A stretch of 64,000 nt of DNA from a bacterium (GTDB lineage: Bacteria > Elusimicrobiota > JBDRMW01 > JBDROU01): positions 7,969 through 71,968 of the forward strand of contig JBDROU010000073.1 in assembly GCA_043809745.1 (NCBI GenBank), written 5' to 3'. A program made the translations under genes and the position numbers. Under the pieces are notes generated by a model. It had not been told where the DNA came from and ran no database searches. It worked only from the letters and a program-made list of their open reading frames with translations. Shown here one piece after another: positions 58,687 through 64,000 of the stretch (positions are counted from its first letter, which is position 1; every line of letters starts with the position of its first letter).

Positions 58687-60456
58687 ATGAAATATTTAGT
58701 CTGCAGGAGTATTTTGTTATTAATTGGGTTATATTTATTCGAAAGCAGCGCTTATTCCTACAATCTGCTTAAGCCGTTAGGAACCGCTGAATCGGGTAGT
58801 GATTTAATTGAGTTATTTGACGAAGAAAATAATAGTGAAAATAGTGAAAAGATTACAGGGTATATTGCTTTTGTAATCGGAGATAGAAGAATAAGATTTT
58901 CAGTGAATGGGTATACAAAAGGTAAATTGATATGCACGCGGGATGATAAAGACAAAAATATTGTCAGGATTCATCCTGTCAAAGGGAGTTCAAAATCTCA
59001 CCTTGAGATTAAAAGAATTGAAAATGAAATAGTTGTTGCTTTTATTGATTTTGATATTGAACCTGGTATAGGTCCCAAAAGGATCGGTGAATTTCATGAG
59101 ACAATGAAACCAGATGAATATAATCAACGTTTTCCTATTCTGGAAACATATCTGGCTGGAAGAGAATTAATTGATTTAGCAAACGGAATATCGAATAAGC
59201 ATAATCGGGAGGAAGGGGTGTTTGAGTTACTTGAGAAGCTTGCGGTAAGCAGGCCCAGTTTGAAAAGCGTATTAGCCAAAAGAACGGATATTTGTGATTT
59301 TGCAATATATTTTCCAGAAAATGTTAGTAATAGAATTCACCCGGTGTATATATTAAGAGATAAAGTAAGGAATTCAAGATTTGTTGCTCTTGTGGATGAG
59401 AACAATCCTGATAATCGAATTGTATTTGAATCCTATGACACTAAAACATTTCTTTTAAATGGGAATGAGAAAGTAGAAATGCCGGATGAAGATGCTAAAC
59501 AAAAAAAGCAAATTTCTTTGTACAATCTGAAATCTATCGATGGTTTTGCAAAGAAGCTAACATGCAGGAAATTAGCTGCTATAAATCTCTCGAAATATTT
59601 GGGGTATAATTCGGGCGTAAGTTTCGCGAGGGGCATTTCGTTAAATTTTAAAAAAAGTCTTAAAACCCGAGATAATTTGAAATTGATTACATTGGCTCAT
59701 AGAGATATGGCTGGACGCAGGAGTTCGTTCCCAATATATTTAGTTGATTTGGGAGCATTGGAGGAATTTGAATTAAAAGGTAATGAAAAAGAGACAATGA
59801 CTTTGGAAGAAGTAAATGACTCTAACGGCAAATATATTGCATTTAAAAAAACTGATATTAGGGTATTTCCGGAATGGCTTACTGATATTCAGCAGGACAG
59901 ATATGAATATTTTAGAAGAATTGTTGAGATTACGGATAAGGAAACTGTTTATGAAGTATACCGCAGACTGGATCAAGATGATCGTATAACCTCGATACAT
60001 ATTGCAGATGATAACAAAACATTTACTGTAGAAGGTTTGGAGATTAATAGCAAACCTATTGTATTTAAAGCGATGCATTTTCATTTAAGCCTTCTGTTAT
60101 ATGCAATGTGCGATTATATTGAAACCTATAATATTGAAAAAATTGTAATATCAGAATCATTAAAGAATGTAGCTATAAATAATTTGGAAGAAATGATTGA
60201 AGCTGGTTGGGGAAGTGTCCCATTGGAATTTGTTCCTGAAAATATTGACGGAGAAGAAGCCTGGTTTGCGAAAGAAAGAAAAAAGTATTATTGGAATATG
60301 TCGAGAACTGATGATTTGGATGTAAAAGAAAGGAAAGCAAAACAGGCCCTATTAAAGATGCAAGATAATCTATTCGTATTTTTCCCGGTTAGCATGAGAT
60401 CCAAACCGGCATTAGAAATCGGGCAAAATATGCAGATAATTGACACATCAAAATAA
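58687..60456 (+). CDS. Large secreted hypothetical protein (589 aa), no recognisable domain
   Basis: Signal peptide MKYLVCRSILLLIGLYLFESSAYS. K/E/D/N-rich. No catalytic motifs recognised. Confidence 0.5.
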   Translation: MKYLVCRSILLLIGLYLFESSAYSYNLLKPLGTAESGSDLIELFDEENNSENSEKITGYIAFVIGDRRIRFSVNGYTKGKLICTRDDKDKNIVRIHPVKGSSKSHLEIKRIENEIVVAFIDFDIEPGIGPKRIGEFHETMKPDEYNQRFPILETYLAGRELIDLANGISNKHNREEGVFELLEKLAVSRPSLKSVLAKRTDICDFAIYFPENVSNRIHPVYILRDKVRNSRFVALVDENNPDNRIVFESYDTKTFLLNGNEKVEMPDEDAKQKKQISLYNLKSIDGFAKKLTCRKLAAINLSKYLGYNSGVSFARGISLNFKKSLKTRDNLKLITLAHRDMAGRRSSFPIYLVDLGALEEFELKGNEKETMTLEEVNDSNGKYIAFKKTDIRVFPEWLTDIQQDRYEYFRRIVEITDKETVYEVYRRLDQDDRITSIHIADDNKTFTVEGLEINSKPIVFKAMHFHLSLLLYAMCDYIETYNIEKIVISESLKNVAINNLEEMIEAGWGSVPLEFVPENIDGEEAWFAKERKKYYWNMSRTDDLDVKERKAKQALLKMQDNLFVFFPVSMRSKPALEIGQNMQIIDTSK

Positions 60457-60526
60457 AAAAGATGAAAACAAAAGTTAATGCTTACTTTTATTTCCGGGCA
60501 ACTTAAATTTTGTCATAGGTAAGTGT

Positions 60527-61969
60527 ATGAGAATGCCAATATTATTAATACGTTTTTCATTGATATGCATGCTAGTTCTCATTAATGAACCAGTTTTTGC
60601 TTTAGCGCCGCCGGCCATTCCATTGGATTTATCAAAGCAACGGAATGCAGGTGTTCCCAAGCAGGGCGATGTTAATAGAGAGCAATTAATAGAGCGTGTG
60701 ATGCAGCTTGCATATAGCGATGCTCCAATAGGGGTTGAAGAAGAAAAGATGATTGCAACATTGATGGAGTACGGGACTCACGACCCCGATGTTCAAAGGG
60801 CGATAATGACTTTGTCTTGGAAGAGGAAGATCCCTGTTGGAGGGGTGTTCGATAACTTTTACTTGGACGGGGTTAAAGTTGCAGTTGTGCCTGATAAAAA
60901 TTTACGAATTTCATACGAACGCGGGCCGATATTTGAAAGTTGTTTTCCTTTAGAGAAACAGGGTATGATAATTGAGACTCATCCTGATGATATAGCTGTG
61001 CATACAGCATGTGTTACAAAAGAGATTATAAAACGAGTAACGGGTGATATTTCGATTCAAGAATCAGAAGTTCAAGAGCCCAAAGTATATTACTGTTCAG
61101 GTAAATATCCGTTTTTAGTCACCGCAATTCCTGACGCGGCCGGGGTGAGTAATCAGTATGTTCATTCGGAGCTGGTTAACCTGCCCGCTGAAATAAGGAA
61201 TAAGAGCTTTGATGAAATAAAGCAGTGGATACGAGTGAAAGAAGCTGAAGATTGCATTAAACGGTTGCAGCTGCCTGAACCGTATTATTCAAATTTAATG
61301 ATAAAATTACCGGTAAAGAAGCCAAAAATTGAAGGAGAAAGGTTATTGTCATACGAAACAATTTTTAAAGAACCCTCAGCTGATATATGCCAGCAAATTG
61401 AAAAATATGTAATTGAACATCTGGCTGGTTACTACATAATGGTACATCCTTTCAGCTATCACCCGCACCACCGCTCTATTACCAAGGAATTCCTTAAGGC
61501 GATATGGCGTCATAATAGGGATGCTGATATATACTTTTGGTCAGCTGGCAAAGTGTATGATATTATGAAATTTCAACCTAATGTGGTGTTTCTTTACGGC
61601 CCGGATTATGAAAATCATAAGGAATCCATAGTAGTAGATTCATTCCCGTCACAGAATGCCCGTCAGGATATCCCCCTATATTATGCTGACATGGTTAGAA
61701 ATAAAGCGAGAAAAGCTGCAAAAAAAATATATAAAATTTTGACACCAATATATGGGGATGAATATATTAACGCACTGGAGCTTCTTTTCCCTTACGCCGA
61801 AAGGCTAATTAAAGTAAAACTATCAGAATGGGATGGGAACGGTAAATTTCAAGACCAATTGAATGGTATATCGCATGTGCTTTTCCAACCTCCAGAATTA
61901 CATATCAGCCAGAAATTAGTACCTCAGCTAAATCCCAAGGTAATGAAATTACAAAATAATTCTTTATAG
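60527..61969 (+). CDS. Secreted hypothetical protein (480 aa), no recognisable domain
   Basis: Signal peptide MRMPILLIRFSLICMLVLINEPVFALA. Several Cys and His-rich patches (HPFSYHPHHR). Same strand and operon-like spacing with the previous gene. Confidence 0.5.
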   Translation: MRMPILLIRFSLICMLVLINEPVFALAPPAIPLDLSKQRNAGVPKQGDVNREQLIERVMQLAYSDAPIGVEEEKMIATLMEYGTHDPDVQRAIMTLSWKRKIPVGGVFDNFYLDGVKVAVVPDKNLRISYERGPIFESCFPLEKQGMIIETHPDDIAVHTACVTKEIIKRVTGDISIQESEVQEPKVYYCSGKYPFLVTAIPDAAGVSNQYVHSELVNLPAEIRNKSFDEIKQWIRVKEAEDCIKRLQLPEPYYSNLMIKLPVKKPKIEGERLLSYETIFKEPSADICQQIEKYVIEHLAGYYIMVHPFSYHPHHRSITKEFLKAIWRHNRDADIYFWSAGKVYDIMKFQPNVVFLYGPDYENHKESIVVDSFPSQNARQDIPLYYADMVRNKARKAAKKIYKILTPIYGDEYINALELLFPYAERLIKVKLSEWDGNGKFQDQLNGISHVLFQPPELHISQKLVPQLNPKVMKLQNNSL

Positions 61970-62000
61970 TGAGATCTCAATAGTAGTATGGGGGCATATA

Positions 62001-63113
62001 TTAGAATGATTCATTGTAGAAGAAATAAAATGCGTTGGCTTCATCGCCGGATTCGGTTGAGTTTACCGCAAAATCTAGTCTGATGTTGATATTTTCTTTG
62101 GAGTTTACCGTGTATCTAATTCCTAAGCCCCCTGCTTTTTTCATGCCCTTAAACAATCTATCGCTGAAAACAGGCGCAACCTGAGCAAAGCCGCCGAACA
62201 GCACTAATCCTAAGCGTTCATAGATTGGGGTGCGGTATTCGCTCTGAATCCCAAAAAAGTGCTTATCCCTGTATCTTCCTGAGGTATACCCTCTGAGAAG
62301 TGAGCTTCCTCCAAGAAATGGAAGGTTTTGAAACGGCACATTACCTTTGCAACTGTCCACAATTCCATTAATGCCAACTACCTGTTTCCCGGTTATATTA
62401 ATAAAATGCTTGGCATTAAGGTGCAGTTTTTTGTAATCATTGTCGCTGCCTAACCAATCTTCATAAGAAATAATCTCAAGATTTATAAGAGAACCGCTTA
62501 AAGTATAAAATACATTGTCACGGGTGTCCATGCTTACCGAAAATCCAATTCCGGAAGAGCGGTCTGAACCGCTGCCGACCACGAGATTGTTCTCAAGTTT
62601 ACCACCTCGTTCTTTATCAGAGATTGTATATTTATCAAAATCAAACAGCGCCCCGATATACAAATTATCAGTTATTCCTTTTGCAGCGCCCAGTTTTATA
62701 GAAACGCTGTGAGAAGTATAATCTTCTTTCATAGAAAAAGTTGTATCTGGGCCTATCCCGTAAAAACTATCCGGGAATTTGGATAATTTGATTTTATTCT
62801 TAAACCTCCACGATCCATCGAGCTTATAAATTGTGCTGTCAAGTACAGCAATTATCTGATTCTCCTGAGTAATTAACAAAGGCCCCTGAATAGTATCAGG
62901 TTTGTTATCTGCGACTCCTTTGTCTCTAACCAATATGCCTAGAATACCTAATCCAGTTTTTGTATCAGGAGAGTAGAAAAATACCGGTATGAATATCTTG
63001 TCCCAAGATGATTTGGTATTTCCTTGCTTTTCAAAATTAGCAGCGAAACATATGTGCGGTAATAAAGTTATTATAATTAAAACAATGATATTTAATAAAC
63101 GAATCGCTTTCAT
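62001..63113 (-). CDS. Barrel-only (POTRA-less) Omp85-family outer-membrane protein
   Basis: Signal peptide. Omp85 barrel motif LGGSSLLRGYTSGRY (compare tamA GGDNSVRGFGY in this window). Alternating amphipathic strands. C-terminal ...FYFFYNESF. Only 370 aa, too short for POTRA domains. Confidence 0.5.
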   Translation of the reverse strand: MKAIRLLNIIVLIIITLLPHICFAANFEKQGNTKSSWDKIFIPVFFYSPDTKTGLGILGILVRDKGVADNKPDTIQGPLLITQENQIIAVLDSTIYKLDGSWRFKNKIKLSKFPDSFYGIGPDTTFSMKEDYTSHSVSIKLGAAKGITDNLYIGALFDFDKYTISDKERGGKLENNLVVGSGSDRSSGIGFSVSMDTRDNVFYTLSGSLINLEIISYEDWLGSDNDYKKLHLNAKHFINITGKQVVGINGIVDSCKGNVPFQNLPFLGGSSLLRGYTSGRYRDKHFFGIQSEYRTPIYERLGLVLFGGFAQVAPVFSDRLFKGMKKAGGLGIRYTVNSKENINIRLDFAVNSTESGDEANAFYFFYNESF

Positions 63114-63499
63114 AATACATTAACCCCTTTGCCTAAAAGAAAAGTATGCCCTTGTTTGGTAATAATAGTTCCTTCCACAGCTACTTCTTTATTTTCCAGT
63201 TGGGGTATAGCAAAGTTAGAGGCATTTAAGTCAATATATATCTCGCCGGAAGAGTCTTTTAAATAGAACCAGCAGCCTGTTGGGCATTCAACTGAAATTT
63301 GACCTTTTACTAATACGTTTTTATCTTTGAATTTAGATGGATATTTCAAGATGCTTCCTATTGAGGTTGGTTCAGTAAGCGCAATATCTTTCCCGAATTT
63401 ATTTTCGGATACGCAACCGGCGCTGCTCACTATAAAACCTATAAAAAATATTCCGCTAAGAATATTTATATCTATCATTTTCCTGGACCCATAAGACAA
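63110..63499 (-). CDS. Small secreted/lipoprotein-like protein with CxxGC pair (possible OB-fold BOF/YgiW-like), unknown function
   Basis: Signal/anchor with Cys (SSAGC). VLVKGQISVECPTGCWFYLKDSSGEIYIDL resembles OB-fold BOF proteins. ATGA-coupled downstream of the Omp85-like gene. Confidence 0.35.
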   Translation of the reverse strand: MSYGSRKMIDINILSGIFFIGFIVSSAGCVSENKFGKDIALTEPTSIGSILKYPSKFKDKNVLVKGQISVECPTGCWFYLKDSSGEIYIDLNASNFAIPQLENKEVAVEGTIITKQGHTFLLGKGVNVL

Positions 63500-63695
63500 T
63501 TATAACAATATCAAAATCATTTAGAAAGAATATATATCTGCGTATGTTCAGTTTGCGATTGATAGTAAATCAGAATATATAGTAATATTGTTAATGAGTT
63601 AATTTGTTAAATAGTAAAAATGGTTTAATTTAGGTAATCGAATTTAGTCAAATCAGTATTAATATATACTAAAGATTAAGCGGGGGATAAATAAG

Positions 63696-64000
63696 ATGCT
63701 GGGAAAAAATGATTTAAGAGGGAAATTGCCATTTGTTGAAAGGGTAGCTAATGTTGAAAAGATATTTTTAAGAGGGAGGCGGCATAGAGGAGAGGACTTA
63801 GAAAGCGCAGTAAGAATATTTTTGGAATTTTTAAGAGGATATGAATCTATGGATTTTAACGGTCCATGCGTAACAGTGTTTGGTTCATCTAAATTTAAGG
63901 AAAATCACCCTTATTACAAGATGGCTAGAGAACTTGGCAGAAGATTGGCAGAAAAGGGATTTGTGGTTATGACCGGTGGAGGACCTGGTATTATGGAAGC
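63696..64000 (+). CDS. LOG-family (TIGR00730) protein, 5' part only (runs off the window)
   Basis: Open frame from the ATG at 63696 to the window end. VTVFGSS...GFVVMTGGGPGIMEA matches the LOG N-terminal motifs. GGGGG-containing RBS upstream. Confidence 0.6.
   Translation, partial: MLGKNDLRGKLPFVERVANVEKIFLRGRRHRGEDLESAVRIFLEFLRGYESMDFNGPCVTVFGSSKFKENHPYYKMARELGRRLAEKGFVVMTGGGPGIME

Noticed and set aside
1-64000. Searched for CRISPR arrays, tRNA/rRNA genes, integrase/transposase and phage structural genes
   Set aside because: No regularly spaced direct repeats, no cloverleaf-compatible conserved tRNA segments in intergenic regions, and no recombinase-like ORFs. The AbiE-like cassette is the only island-like insertion and lacks its own mobility gene.

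Overview
This 64-kb window looks like chromosomal DNA from an AT-rich diderm (Gram-negative-type) bacterium. TamA/TamB, Omp85-type barrels and lipoprotein signals support the diderm call. Genes are densely packed, mostly on the + strand. I found no rRNA, tRNA, CRISPR array, transposase or integrase. The identifiable content, in order:

- Light/carotenoid-type trio: the C-terminal end of a GT2 glycosyltransferase, a class II CPD photolyase and a CrtI-family desaturase.
- Two two-component systems, plus an orphan receiver.
- A HlyD/ABC/ABC-2 efflux set.
- An MprF-like aminoacyl-phosphatidylglycerol synthase.
- A tandem LOG-domain protein and a NodB-type polysaccharide deacetylase.
- A strikingly methionine-rich secreted protein.
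- A MarR-controlled hydrolase operon.
- TamA/TamB.
- Phosphoketolase.
- An ion-homeostasis group: an SLC12-like transporter, MscS and CorA.
- A complete GlgE alpha-glucan pathway (glgE, a treS-maltokinase fusion, glgB), followed by an orphan PtsI-like enzyme.

The most unusual region is an eight-gene, translationally coupled operon at about 19.3-29.2 kb that is devoted entirely to glycerophospholipid synthesis and remodelling. It encodes:

- a three-domain fusion of an MFS lysophospholipid transporter, a PlsC acyltransferase and an acyl-ACP synthetase (LplT-Aas-like);
- a divergent CDP-alcohol phosphatidyltransferase;
- a CdsA-family CDP-diacylglycerol synthase;
- a second PlsC acyltransferase;
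- two lysophospholipase-type alpha/beta hydrolases, one fused to a SAM-dependent methyltransferase;
- a fusion of a PAP2 membrane phosphatase with a CX5R dual-specificity (PTPMT1-like) phosphatase.

I propose this as a candidate pathway for a specialised, possibly methylated, head-group phospholipid.

A second notable element is a two-gene minus-strand cassette (wHTH protein plus minimal nucleotidyltransferase, AbiE-like) inserted between tamB and xfp. It has a perfect consensus promoter and a three-half-site operator. Other items worth a second look:

- acidic repeat proteins around an orphan receiver;
- two large secreted hypothetical proteins behind an extended -10 promoter;
- a POTRA-less Omp85 barrel.
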